This document shows, one piece after another, positions 1 through 9,939 of a stretch of DNA of 64,000 nt. The notes beneath the pieces were generated by a model. The model had not been told where the DNA came from, did no database searches, and saw only the letters and a list, made by a program, of their open reading frames with translations. The stretch is from an uncultured virus (IMG/VR IMGVR_UViG_3300032223_003290). Its lineage: Duplodnaviria > Heunggongvirae > Uroviricota > Caudoviricetes. Numbering within the stretch: position 1 is the first letter of the stretch; each line of letters begins with the position of its first letter. The stretch lies in IMG/VR virus record IMGVR_UViG_3300032223_003290; one strand, 5' to 3'. The position numbers and the translations under genes are program-made.

Positions 1-801
1 GTTTGTTCCAATACCAACTCTACCACCTACAATTAATGAAGCACCAATACCAACTCCACCTAATACAACTTCAGCGCCTGTGGTACTTGATATTGAAGCA
101 GTTGTATGTGAATTATATAAAACACCAGTAGTTGGGTTATATGTAACTCCAGTAGCACCACCAACTGTGTTTCCAGTAGCTCCATAAAATGCTAATTGAC
201 CAAGAGTTCCAGAATATACTGTACCACCAGAAGATGATGAAGCAGTCATTGGAACCCAAGTCATGATACCAGATGTATCTGATTGTAAAACCGAAGTTCC
301 AGTTGATGGGTAAGTTACAGGAAGTGTGTAAAGTGTATTAGCTAAAGTAGAACCAGCTTTAAACCCAGTGTAATAAGTATATGCTGTCCCTGCACCATAC
401 AATAATAAACTTTGTCCAATGGAGGCATTGCCAGAAATTGCAATGCCTCCATTGAATCTAGCAGAACCAGATAACAAACTTGATGATATGGTAGAATCAG
501 CAACTAATAATGTCCCAGAAAGATTCGCATTTGACGAAAATGTATTCCATCTTAATGTGGCTGAACCTAAATTGAAACCAGTAGTGCCTGGTACTAAAGC
601 ATCAGTTCCTGAGTTGTCATTAAAAGTAACAAGAGTTGTAGTTCCGCCAACTGATGAGCCTGGAGAAAAAGAAGCACTATATCCTGTAACAGATATAGCG
701 TTTAATGCATCTCCTTTTATTGAAATTGATTGTGGACTACCTGTACCATCATTCCAATAAATTTGACCTGTACTTGGGTCTATAATAACATCTGCTGGCA
801 T
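1..801 (-). CDS. Tail fibre-like protein, 3' end beyond window start (absent from ORF track)
   Basis: Translated by hand from ATG at 801: MPADVIIDPSTGQIYWNDG...YTLPVTYPSTGTSVLQSDTSGIMTWVPMT...GGVGIGASLIVGGRVGIGTN, open to base 1; shares the YTLP..P.TG.SVLQS...G.MSWVPM module with the fibres at 11317, 15521 and 29248. Confidence 0.85.
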   Translation of the reverse strand, partial: MPADVIIDPSTGQIYWNDGTGSPQSISIKGDALNAISVTGYSASFSPGSSVGGTTTLVTFNDNSGTDALVPGTTGFNLGSATLRWNTFSSNANLSGTLLVADSTISSSLLSGSARFNGGIAISGNASIGQSLLLYGAGTAYTYYTGFKAGSTLANTLYTLPVTYPSTGTSVLQSDTSGIMTWVPMTASSSSGGTVYSGTLGQLAFYGATGNTVGGATGVTYNPTTGVLYNSHTTASISSTTGAEVVLGGVGIGASLIVGGRVGIGTN

Positions 802-812
802 TTAATTACCAA

Positions 813-1070
813 TTACTCCTGGACGATTATGCAGCCTATAGTTTCTAATAAAAGCTCTATAATAGCAATTCTTGTATCTTTTCCACTAATGCCAATTTTT
901 GAAAAGTCATCACCATTGATGAGAAAAACTCTTCTGTCAATGGTGATATCATCCTCATTGAGGATGGCATACATAAATCTGATACCAGTTTCAATATTTA
1001 TGTTGCCTTCCTCAATAATTATCCAAGCTATATTTGGATTTTTTTCTGAAAATACTCTGAATTTATGCAT
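813..1070 (-). CDS. Small hypothetical protein (possible fibre assembly factor)
   Basis: 85 aa; start overlaps the stop of the 1775-aa fibre gene (TAATG) and fills the gap to the next fibre gene. Confidence 0.6.
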   Translation of the reverse strand: MHKFRVFSEKNPNIAWIIIEEGNINIETGIRFMYAILNEDDITIDRRVFLINGDDFSKIGISGKDTRIAIIELLLETIGCIIVQE

Positions 1071-4000
1071 TATTGTTCTATATCAAGTGGTGCGTCAATT
1101 CTTGAACCGTGGACAATATAGTCAACTTTTATATTCTTGAATTTTCTAGAAATTGCATCACCAACTAATTGTATTGTAAAGTAGTTTTCTGTTTTAGAAC
1201 CAATACCTACATTGTAATTACCCCAAGGAGTTAATTGAATTGTGTATTGATTTCCAACAAGTTTGTGCCAGTAATCAGGTAAATCAACTTGTACTATGCC
1301 TTTACCTTCAACGGTACCTCTATGATAAACACCATGTTCAGGGCCTTCAAGAACACCATATACAAGTCTGAATCCTTCCTTAGTTGGGTGAGGAATGTCA
1401 AAGCTTTTGGTTGTTGCTCTCAAGTTTCCAGCAGTGTCAATTGAGAAGTATCTTGTAGTAGCTGATCCACCAGTAGACATACCTCTTATAAAATATCTGT
1501 CAGTCTTATTATCATCAGTTGCAATAGACTGTAAGGTCAAGAGGGATGAAGTAGTTGTAATTGAATTGGCAGATGAGATTGTCATACCAACTCCAGAAGG
1601 TGATTCTGTTAAGTTGGCATATGTCAAACCAGTGCCAGTTGACCATTTAGCTACTTTATCTGCTACACCTGCGCCTGAAACACTACCTACAAGCAAGTCA
1701 AAGTTGGTATTATCAGATTTTCTGAAGTAAAGGTTTGTACCATTGAACCAAAGGTCTCCAGTAAATCCAAGACCAGCTCCTGGGGTAGCATTAGTATTGC
1801 CAAAGTTGAGAGAAGCATAGTTGGAATTTACTGGTGCTAAGACTGTTCTACCACCAACTATCACCAATGCTGTGTTTCCAGTAGCAGTATGAGTGGCCAT
1901 ACCCTTCCAGTCAACACCAAATCTTTGTGTGCCATTTACATCAGCATCAATCAAGTTTCCTGCAGTCATTGCGACAGGAGTATCTATTTTGAAAATATTT
2001 CCAGTTGTAGAGTTGATATTGATTGACAAACCATTACCGGAAACAGCGGTAGGAGAGAATATTAGACCAGTACTTCCAGTCAATTCTCTATTTGCATTGT
2101 AATAAGCAACTTGAGTTACAGAACCAGTACCAGTGATACCAGTTCCTGGATAGTTTAGAATTACAGACTGTCCACTTGTGGAAAGATAAGAAGTCCCACC
2201 ATTTGATGACGCACTATTGACTGTAACCGCACCATACAAGCCTGCGATACTTGATACAACGGAGTTTCCACCAATAAAGAATCCACCTGATGAGTTGATC
2301 GTTCCAACTACCGAGATACCAACACCACTTGTGATTGTGGTTCCAGTTGCAGTTGCTAAACTACTACCATTATATATTACAGCGCCATTGGTGTTAGTAA
2401 ATGAACTCGCATTTGTTCCACCATATGTAATTCCAAGAGGACCATTTGACCAAGCGACTGAAGTAGGAGTTGCTGCTATCAATACACTGTTATTTGCTGT
2501 TGGCAATGCAATTGAAGAAATTGCTGAACCAGATGAATTGTATTGAGCAATTTGGTAAGAAACTGCAGTACCAGCAATTGTGTTACTGGTTCCTCCACCA
2601 GCAAGTGAAAGTACTGACCAGGATGGAGCAGCATTGGCACCTGAGACTAATGCTAAACCAGCTGTTGCAGTGCCTGAAAGAATTGCAAATGCTGAAGCAG
2701 TTGAATAAACAACTCCACCATTAGATGCTGTCAGGTTAGCATTTGTACCACCATTTGAAAGACCAAGTATTCCAGAAACATAGTCAGAACTTGCTAGAGC
2801 AATTGTTCCCCAAACAGGAACAGTTGCGTTTCTAATTAATACAGAAGCACCAGTTCCACCTAATGCTAATCTTGCTAAACTGGTATATGCTGTGCCGGAG
2901 CCATAATAGATATCACCTACTCCAAAAGTTGTTTGGTTAGTACTTAATACATATTGTGCTTGACCATTTTGTACTAAATATTGAGTAGTATTAGCTGTGT
3001 ATCCAGATGCCGAGGCTGATTGGAATGTGATATTGGAAGATCCTTGAGCAACTGTCAAAGTATTGCCATTCAAACTCAAAACAGCATTCGAGCTTAAGGT
3101 TAATCCGAAACCACCACCGTTGAGAAGAATATTACCACCAATTACAGTTAATGTTCTGGAAGTTTGACCACCCGAATGTGTCCAACCATCAGTGTTGCCA
3201 GTAATTGTATTAGCAAAGTTAAGACCACGTAAAGATAACGGAACTGAAGTACCTGCGGTTTCTCCACCAGCTAAAGTAAATCCAGCGTTATCTACAGTTA
3301 GTGTAGCTGATCCGTAAGTTGAATTGGATCCAGTAAATGTAAATGTATCATAAGAGCTTGAACCAACTGAACCTGTTCTTGCTCCTCCAATGCTAAATCC
3401 TTTTGAAAGGTTAGTTACAATTGCATCTGCTGTTGTGATATTGTAATTTACTGCAAGTGTATTACCTATTCTTGATAAACCTTGTGATACATTGAGTGAA
3501 CCTGCACCTGAGAAAGGAGACCAAGTAATTTGAGTATTACCAAAGCCGATAGGGCCTAATGATGTTGTATCATTGGTGTCTACAAAACCTGTATCAGCAT
3601 AGTTTGTACCTTCTTCAACGAATGTGAATGTACCACCAGTAAGCTGAGTATTATTATATGTATCTGATGCTCTAGTTAATATCCAGTTAGAAGTTGCAGA
3701 ACCGGCTGTTGTAATTGTGTAAATTCCATTAGCGATATAACTTGCACCAAAGGATCCAAAGGTTGTCGTGAAAGCAGAAGCTGGAGAGAAAGTGCCGGAA
3801 CCAGTTAATGCAATACCACCATTGATACCATACCAAACTAAAACTCTTTGCCCAGCTGTAAGAGCTGTGCCAGATACTGTGTCAAAGCCTGGATCAGCGC
3901 TAATCAGACCAGCAGCAGTAGATATAATGTAGCCATCTGCAGCTGTAGAAGTACCTGCTACACCTGCTTGGCGATAAGAACCAGCAATTCCAGCTATTGT

Positions 4001-6397
4001 TGCAACTCTTACAGAAGCATGAGGATCCAAACCAGCTGAAATTGAATCTGCATATGATTTATTTACTAAATCAGTTGGATTTGATGGAGTTACGTTTGAT
4101 GTTGCTGCTACTGTATTGAAAGCAACTCCACCAGTAAATGTAAGTGCAGCAGCAGAGGTATTAGTGAATGTTGGTGCTGCTTGAGAACCTCCAGAGACTA
4201 ATAAATATCCTGATGTTGCGTTATCTATTAATGAAGATGCATATGATCCTGTATTTCCAGTAACGATGATTCTATTACTGTTTCCAACCGAAGCTCCAGG
4301 CCCTAAATTGCTACCAGTTCCACCATAGGTAAGACCGATAGAAGCAGCATTCCAGTTTCCTCCAGTAATCTGACCAACAGTTGCAAGTGATGATGCAGAA
4401 GTTATGTTTGGCTGTGTTGCAGTTAAAATTGTACCAGTAAGGTTTGTAGCAGTGAATGCTGTTCCAGTGATAAATGGTACTTTAAATTGTTGGGTGCCTG
4501 GGTTATATGTTAACTGAGAAGCTTGGTTTGAAATTGATAAACCAACTCCTCCTGTGTTGTATGTGAATGTTATATAATTATCTGCGTTAACTGTGTTTGC
4601 AGTAATATTTAATAAACCTACACTTACGCCAGAACCAGCAACATATTGCGGAGCAGCGCTTGTACCATTGGAAATTAGGAAAGATCCTGCTGCAGCTGCA
4701 GCTAATCTTGACCATGTAGTCAAACTATTGGCATACAATAGATCTCCAACTACAAATGGTGTTTGTAATCCTGTTCCACCATATTGTGCAGTGATTGCAG
4801 TAGCTGACCAAGATCCACTTGTAATTACACTAGAAGAAACGGTAACACCAAATACTTGTGTAGAAGATAATACTTGGGTTCCATTAATTCTATAAACATT
4901 TCCAGATCCTACATTAGCATCACCACTTACATCTAAAGCATATGTCGATGGAGTTTTATTAATACCAACTAAGTTATTTGTGCTATCAACAACTAAAATA
5001 TTAGTACCATCAGCTTTTTGTAATGCAATCGCTGTGGTTGCATTTGCTCCTGGCTTAATAGCCAAACTTGTAGAACCAGTATATGTTGGAGAAGATACAG
5101 CAGTTCCGACATAGAAACTACCTGATCCATATTTCAAAAGATTCAAACCTGGATCTACACTAAAATCAATGTCAGTGGAAACTGCAGATCCAGCACCAGC
5201 AGCATTATTCAATAATGGATATAATACAGTTGAACCAGCACCCGCTGCATTAACAGACACAGTGTTTGCAGCAATTGTGTTAGTCCATGCCGGAACTCCA
5301 CCTACTGTGGTCAAATACTGACTGTTGCCTTGAACAGACAATCTTGCTAAAGTTGTATGACCAGAACCAGCAGCATAGAAGATATCACCAAGGCTAAATG
5401 ATGGTGCTTGAGCTGAAAGAACATAAATATTCGAAGTTTGAGCAGTTCCCCCTGGGTAAAATACAGATTGTGCGCCTCCAGCAAAAGCTTGAGAAGACAT
5501 ACCAAGTTGAAGAGTATCAGTAGCAGTAGAATTAGAAACTGTCAATGAAGAAAGGAATTTTACAGTATTGATTTGAGTACTGTTAGCAGCACCAGCAATT
5601 ATCAATCCACCAGAGTTTCCAATACCACCAAAAGTAACTGCAAAACCACTTGTTGGGAAAGCTCCAGGAACAGCAGAATTATAACCAGTTAATGTAAATG
5701 ATCTTGTAGGATAATCTGCATTAATTCCAAGGTCATTAAAAAGAGAAGCATAAATTGTAGAAGTAGCTGGCTTGAAATAGATAATTTGACCAAAACCTCT
5801 ATCAGGGTTTGTTGAAGCACCTACTCCAGAACCTTGTGAACCACCAATACCCCATTGAGACGTTGGAGTATAAGATACACCGCCCCAAGCACCACCAAGA
5901 CCAAGAACAGGGGTATCAAAAGTATTACCAGTAATTCTTTCACCCCAGTTATAAAATGAAGATTTGACTTCGTTTGGATCAATAACTCCATAGGCATTTG
6001 GGTTTGAAATGATCTTAAAATCGATTTGCGAAAGAGTATTGATCGAAGTAGCAGTACCAGCAGTTGGAATGATCAAAATATCTTTATTCATTACACTTTG
6101 AGCAATACCACCACCAGAATATGAACCACCAGGACCTCCAGCGGTATTCTGGTAAAATGCAGCAAAATCAGCACTTTGAGCAGTGAATTGTTGGTTTTCT
6201 GCAGCTAATTGTCTTGAAACATCTTGAAGAACTAATTTCATTTCTTCAGGCGACATAGGACGTGATTCTTGAGCAGCTACGTTTTGTGCTTCCTCTACGA
6301 TTGCCTGTTGTGTTGCTTCTTGTGATATATCAACTGCAAGGTTTTTAGCTTTTAATGCTTGTAAAACCTTATTTCTAAAATCATCTTGGTATGCCAT
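1070..6397 (-). CDS. Giant tail fibre protein (1775 aa) with C-terminal KSF.I.HP...LEGPE..VY.RG module
   Basis: G/S/T/A-rich; recurring W....I...YGGTG motifs; internal NKSYAD...SVRVAT...QRVLV...NGIY...LTRASD tail-fibre repeat; C-terminal domain shared with 6416..7168. Confidence 0.85.
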   Translation of the reverse strand: MAYQDDFRNKVLQALKAKNLAVDISQEATQQAIVEEAQNVAAQESRPMSPEEMKLVLQDVSRQLAAENQQFTAQSADFAAFYQNTAGGPGGSYSGGGIAQSVMNKDILIIPTAGTATSINTLSQIDFKIISNPNAYGVIDPNEVKSSFYNWGERITGNTFDTPVLGLGGAWGGVSYTPTSQWGIGGSQGSGVGASTNPDRGFGQIIYFKPATSTIYASLFNDLGINADYPTRSFTLTGYNSAVPGAFPTSGFAVTFGGIGNSGGLIIAGAANSTQINTVKFLSSLTVSNSTATDTLQLGMSSQAFAGGAQSVFYPGGTAQTSNIYVLSAQAPSFSLGDIFYAAGSGHTTLARLSVQGNSQYLTTVGGVPAWTNTIAANTVSVNAAGAGSTVLYPLLNNAAGAGSAVSTDIDFSVDPGLNLLKYGSGSFYVGTAVSSPTYTGSTSLAIKPGANATTAIALQKADGTNILVVDSTNNLVGINKTPSTYALDVSGDANVGSGNVYRINGTQVLSSTQVFGVTVSSSVITSGSWSATAITAQYGGTGLQTPFVVGDLLYANSLTTWSRLAAAAAGSFLISNGTSAAPQYVAGSGVSVGLLNITANTVNADNYITFTYNTGGVGLSISNQASQLTYNPGTQQFKVPFITGTAFTATNLTGTILTATQPNITSASSLATVGQITGGNWNAASIGLTYGGTGSNLGPGASVGNSNRIIVTGNTGSYASSLIDNATSGYLLVSGGSQAAPTFTNTSAAALTFTGGVAFNTVAATSNVTPSNPTDLVNKSYADSISAGLDPHASVRVATIAGIAGSYRQAGVAGTSTAADGYIISTAAGLISADPGFDTVSGTALTAGQRVLVWYGINGGIALTGSGTFSPASAFTTTFGSFGASYIANGIYTITTAGSATSNWILTRASDTYNNTQLTGGTFTFVEEGTNYADTGFVDTNDTTSLGPIGFGNTQITWSPFSGAGSLNVSQGLSRIGNTLAVNYNITTADAIVTNLSKGFSIGGARTGSVGSSSYDTFTFTGSNSTYGSATLTVDNAGFTLAGGETAGTSVPLSLRGLNFANTITGNTDGWTHSGGQTSRTLTVIGGNILLNGGGFGLTLSSNAVLSLNGNTLTVAQGSSNITFQSASASGYTANTTQYLVQNGQAQYVLSTNQTTFGVGDIYYGSGTAYTSLARLALGGTGASVLIRNATVPVWGTIALASSDYVSGILGLSNGGTNANLTASNGGVVYSTASAFAILSGTATAGLALVSGANAAPSWSVLSLAGGGTSNTIAGTAVSYQIAQYNSSGSAISSIALPTANNSVLIAATPTSVAWSNGPLGITYGGTNASSFTNTNGAVIYNGSSLATATGTTITSGVGISVVGTINSSGGFFIGGNSVVSSIAGLYGAVTVNSASSNGGTSYLSTSGQSVILNYPGTGITGTGSVTQVAYYNANRELTGSTGLIFSPTAVSGNGLSININSTTGNIFKIDTPVAMTAGNLIDADVNGTQRFGVDWKGMATHTATGNTALVIVGGRTVLAPVNSNYASLNFGNTNATPGAGLGFTGDLWFNGTNLYFRKSDNTNFDLLVGSVSGAGVADKVAKWSTGTGLTYANLTESPSGVGMTISSANSITTTSSLLTLQSIATDDNKTDRYFIRGMSTGGSATTRYFSIDTAGNLRATTKSFDIPHPTKEGFRLVYGVLEGPEHGVYHRGTVEGKGIVQVDLPDYWHKLVGNQYTIQLTPWGNYNVGIGSKTENYFTIQLVGDAISRKFKNIKVDYIVHGSRIDAPLDIEQ

Positions 6398-6415
6398 AAT
6401 TAGATTTCCCTATAT

Positions 6416-7168
6416 TTACCTATGTTGGATTAGTGTAATTTTGGTGTCTCTTCTTTCACCAATAACTAAATAGTCAAACTCTATTATTGAATTACTAAAT
6501 AAATCTACTCCGCACCTTCTGACAGTAAAACCAGAAGATGACTGTGAGTAAACAAAAAGAGGATATTTACATTTAGAAGTGATGTGAACTGTGTAATTAT
6601 CTTCTATGAGTGGTTGCCAATAATCCGGGAAAATTATTTCAACTTGTTTTTTTCCTGAAGCTGATCCCCTCAAATATGCACCGTGTTCTGGGCCTTCCAG
6701 AGATCCATGTTCTAATAATTTATTATCTGGATCTAGTGGGTGTGGAATTAAGAAGCTTTTTGTTTGTGCTTTAAAATTTCCAGCTGCATTGATAACTGTT
6801 CCATTTTGTGATATCAATGAGTTTGTAAGTGCAGTTCCTCCAGCAGTCCAGAGTGGAACATATGCTGAAGTACCTGTGCCAATTAATGTACCTGTAGCTG
6901 ATGAAGTGAAAGTTACTGAACTAGAATCTATAGAAAATGAAATTCCTGAACCAGCAATAAATGCTCTGTATGTTAAACCTGTTCCACCAGAATTTGATGA
7001 AAGAAAAGCATTACCAGCATTTATATCAGTAAGGCCAGTACCACCATTAATAATTCCAGCTACATTTAAAGTTCTCCAAGCAATGCCGTCAAATTTCCAG
7101 GTTTTTCCGTGTGATGTAAAAATCTGGTTTGTTGAAGGTGATGTGGGAAAGTCGAGTGGTGATGCCAT
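6416..7168 (-). CDS. Short tail fibre-like protein (250 aa)
   Basis: N-terminal LDFPTSP..NQIFT..GKTWKFDG..W motif shared with 11317..15507 and 17801..24808; C-terminal TKSFLIPHP...LEGPEHGAYLRG domain shared with 1070..6397. Confidence 0.8.
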   Translation of the reverse strand: MASPLDFPTSPSTNQIFTSHGKTWKFDGIAWRTLNVAGIINGGTGLTDINAGNAFLSSNSGGTGLTYRAFIAGSGISFSIDSSSVTFTSSATGTLIGTGTSAYVPLWTAGGTALTNSLISQNGTVINAAGNFKAQTKSFLIPHPLDPDNKLLEHGSLEGPEHGAYLRGSASGKKQVEIIFPDYWQPLIEDNYTVHITSKCKYPLFVYSQSSSGFTVRRCGVDLFSNSIIEFDYLVIGERRDTKITLIQHR

Positions 7169-7227
7169 TAATATCTCAAATTAGGGGAACTATTTTATTA
7201 TTCTGCATTTTTCTTATAAAATATTTC

Positions 7228-7902
7228 TTATAATCCATATCTTCGTTTAGCTGCATTATAATTTTGAAGAATTTCTGTGGCTGTGAGAGCTCTGTTGTAA
7301 ATTTTTGCTAAACTTATATCACCTTGCAAATATTCAGTGGTGACAGTTTTTGCTAATTGTATTGTTGTTGAAGTTACGTTATGGCTACTTGGTGTGTCAG
7401 AAGCTAGCAATACATTGTTAGCATAAATTTTTCTTGTAGTACCATCAAAAGAAACACCTGCATAAAACCAAACATTATTTTGTATATTTCCATTATTATT
7501 ATTTGTGGATAAATCATTTGCCCACCAATAATGAATCATGTATCCTAAATTAGAAGTATCTGTTCTAAAAGCATTACTCTGATTAGTTACTGAATAATTA
7601 CCAATAGACATAAAGCCTCTATTGGTTGTCCAAGAAGAAAGTCTTGCAAATAAAAGCATTGTGTAATTGCTATTGCCTGTAGGAATTGATGAAGTTCCAG
7701 CACCAGTAAAATAACCTGTGCTGCCTGTTGAAAAATAACCTGATGAATTAAATGTTGGTGAATTTGTCAAGGTAAGATTATTTTTATTAGGTGTCAAATC
7801 GTACCAAGTATTTCCTGAACCTGCATAACTTCTTGGATTTGCTGCGTCCCAATATCCCACCAATCCATCTGTAGTAATAATTGAATTATAATCAATGCCC
7901 AT
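7228..7902 (-). CDS. LamG/concanavalin A-like lectin domain virion protein (array copy 6)
   Basis: DGLV.YWDAANPRSY.GSG..WYDL N-terminus; WFY....FDG..RKIY.N core; IYNRALTATEILQNYNA C-terminus. Confidence 0.85.
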   Translation of the reverse strand: MGIDYNSIITTDGLVGYWDAANPRSYAGSGNTWYDLTPNKNNLTLTNSPTFNSSGYFSTGSTGYFTGAGTSSIPTGNSNYTMLLFARLSSWTTNRGFMSIGNYSVTNQSNAFRTDTSNLGYMIHYWWANDLSTNNNNGNIQNNVWFYAGVSFDGTTRKIYANNVLLASDTPSSHNVTSTTIQLAKTVTTEYLQGDISLAKIYNRALTATEILQNYNAAKRRYGL

Positions 7903-8564
7903 TAAAGTCCATACCTTTTTTTAGTAGCATTGTAATTTTGTACTATTTCTGTAGCAGATAATGCTCTGTTGTAGATTTGAACATTTGCGATTTTGCCAGT
8001 AAAATTATTACCACCTGCATATGCCCCGATAACAATTTCTTGATTTCCAGAAAATGTGGTAGTGTTTGCACTTGTCCCATCTTCCACGCCATTGAGATAA
8101 AGTTTCCAGCCTGTTGAATTGCTATATGTAACTGCGCCAAAATACCAAGTGTTTAAAGAAAGCGTGGTATTCCCAGTAACTGTACTCCAAGCACCATTAT
8201 GTCCAGCATACAATCTATTAACACCTTGGAGCCAAAATGCGTGTGCTCCTGAAAATCCACCACTAATCATATTGTTTGATGTGGTAAAATTTGATACATT
8301 AAAGTAAAGAATTTTAGTATATGCTGTGTATGATAATATGTTTGCTAGAGAATTTACATTTATATAATCATTTGTTCCATCTAATACAAATGTGCCTAAA
8401 TTAGATGATAAATATGTTGGTCCATTAGTAAGAGCAGATGTATTTCCCAATCCACTTAAATCGTAAACTGTAATTCCTGATCCTGAATAACTTCTACTAT
8501 TTGCTGCATCTAAATATAATAACAATCCATCTGTTACAATTATAGGAGAATGATCAAGTCCCAT
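7902..8564 (-). CDS. LamG/concanavalin A-like lectin domain virion protein (array copy 5)
   Basis: GLLLYLDAANSRSYSGSG; LDGTNDY; WYFGAVTY...LYLNG; IYNRALSATEIVQNYNATKKRYGL. Confidence 0.85.
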   Translation of the reverse strand: MGLDHSPIIVTDGLLLYLDAANSRSYSGSGITVYDLSGLGNTSALTNGPTYLSSNLGTFVLDGTNDYINVNSLANILSYTAYTKILYFNVSNFTTSNNMISGGFSGAHAFWLQGVNRLYAGHNGAWSTVTGNTTLSLNTWYFGAVTYSNSTGWKLYLNGVEDGTSANTTTFSGNQEIVIGAYAGGNNFTGKIANVQIYNRALSATEIVQNYNATKKRYGL

Positions 8565-9256
8565 TATCTATATCTCCCTTTTGTGGCATTGTAATTTTGA
8601 AGAATTTCTGTTGCAGATAATGCTCGGTTATATACAGAAAAATAGGAAAACATTCCCTTCCAATAGGCATTTGTTCCCATGTTAGAACTATCTGAAGCGC
8701 CAATTGTATAATAAATTGCACTTCCATTTCTTTGTCTTGTCAAAGTAGTTGTTCCTACAGAATTGCCATTTACATATCCAATTAATGTAGTTCCATCGTA
8801 AGTCCAGCCAATGTAGTACCAAGAATTAAATGATAAGGAACTTGAAACAACTTTATTTGTCAAACCTCCGTGCCAAACAGACATAGATACATTTCCAGAA
8901 CCGTTAATTTCAATATTGCTATCATGCCAGCCAGAGTCCTTAACAGCTTGACCTAATTCACTTACAATATTTCCAGCACCTACAGAATATGCCCAAATAA
9001 ACATAGAAGTTGAAGAATTTGGAAATTGACTATAAAGATTTGTATCAGTCAATGTGTATGAATTCACAGCAGACAAAGAAATAGCTAATCCAGCACCGCT
9101 TCCTTTAGTTGAATATCCGTTGATGATTGACATTGATGAAGCAGTAGATATACTATTGAGAGTATTTCCAGATCCAGAAAAAGACCTTGTGTTTGAAGTG
9201 TCGTACCAGTATACCAATCCATCAGTAACCTCAATAGGTCCAATATCAATGCCCAT
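8564..9256 (-). CDS. LamG/concanavalin A-like lectin domain virion protein (array copy 4)
   Basis: GLVYWYD..N.RSFSGSG; WYYIGWTYDG..LIGYVNG; VYNRALSATEILQNYNATK. Confidence 0.85.
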   Translation of the reverse strand: MGIDIGPIEVTDGLVYWYDTSNTRSFSGSGNTLNSISTASSMSIINGYSTKGSGAGLAISLSAVNSYTLTDTNLYSQFPNSSTSMFIWAYSVGAGNIVSELGQAVKDSGWHDSNIEINGSGNVSMSVWHGGLTNKVVSSSLSFNSWYYIGWTYDGTTLIGYVNGNSVGTTTLTRQRNGSAIYYTIGASDSSNMGTNAYWKGMFSYFSVYNRALSATEILQNYNATKGRYR

Positions 9257-9939
9257 CAGAGACCATACCTCTTCTTTGTAGCATTATAATTTTGAAGAAT
9301 TTCTTGGGCTGATAAAGCACGATTGTATACTTTGAATTGGGAAAGATCCATAGATTGGTTGTAACCAGTATCATTTAACCATCCACTAATTCTTCCATTA
9401 CCACTATTGAAATTTCTATTAGCTGCACTTTCTGTACCACTTATTTGTGAAAGAGTTTGTATTTCTCCATTTACATAAATCTTATTATTTGTGTAAGATA
9501 CGTCAGATCTCATTTCAAATATATAATGTTTCCATTGATTTAATAATCCTAAATTTGTAACTTGCGTTGATGTTAAGCCATACATATCATTAGCACTGGC
9601 AGTATTATAACCAATAGCTCCACTAAATACATAAACATCATATCTATTAAATCCAAAGGGCATTGAAATAGCAAATGATTTCATTTTCATCCATATTTCA
9701 ACTGAGATAATATTGCTAAAATTTGTTATAGTGAATTGGGTAGTATCATTAGTCCCATCAAAAATAAAACTTCCATTATTTGATGAAGTAAATCCAACGC
9801 CATTTACAAGAGTTCCACCAGTTCCACTAATCAATTCATTATAAGTGAGACCAGATCCGCTATAACATCTTGAATTAGCAGCATCAATATCAAGAACTAA
9901 TCCTTCTTTGACAATTCTTGGTCCAGCTTTAACTCCCAT
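9256..9939 (-). CDS. LamG/concanavalin A-like lectin domain virion protein (array copy 3)
   Basis: GLVLDIDAAN.RCYSGSG; FDGTND; WKHY...IYVNG; VYNRALSAQEILQNYNATKKRYGL. Confidence 0.85.
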   Translation of the reverse strand: MGVKAGPRIVKEGLVLDIDAANSRCYSGSGLTYNELISGTGGTLVNGVGFTSSNNGSFIFDGTNDTTQFTITNFSNIISVEIWMKMKSFAISMPFGFNRYDVYVFSGAIGYNTASANDMYGLTSTQVTNLGLLNQWKHYIFEMRSDVSYTNNKIYVNGEIQTLSQISGTESAANRNFNSGNGRISGWLNDTGYNQSMDLSQFKVYNRALSAQEILQNYNATKKRYGL

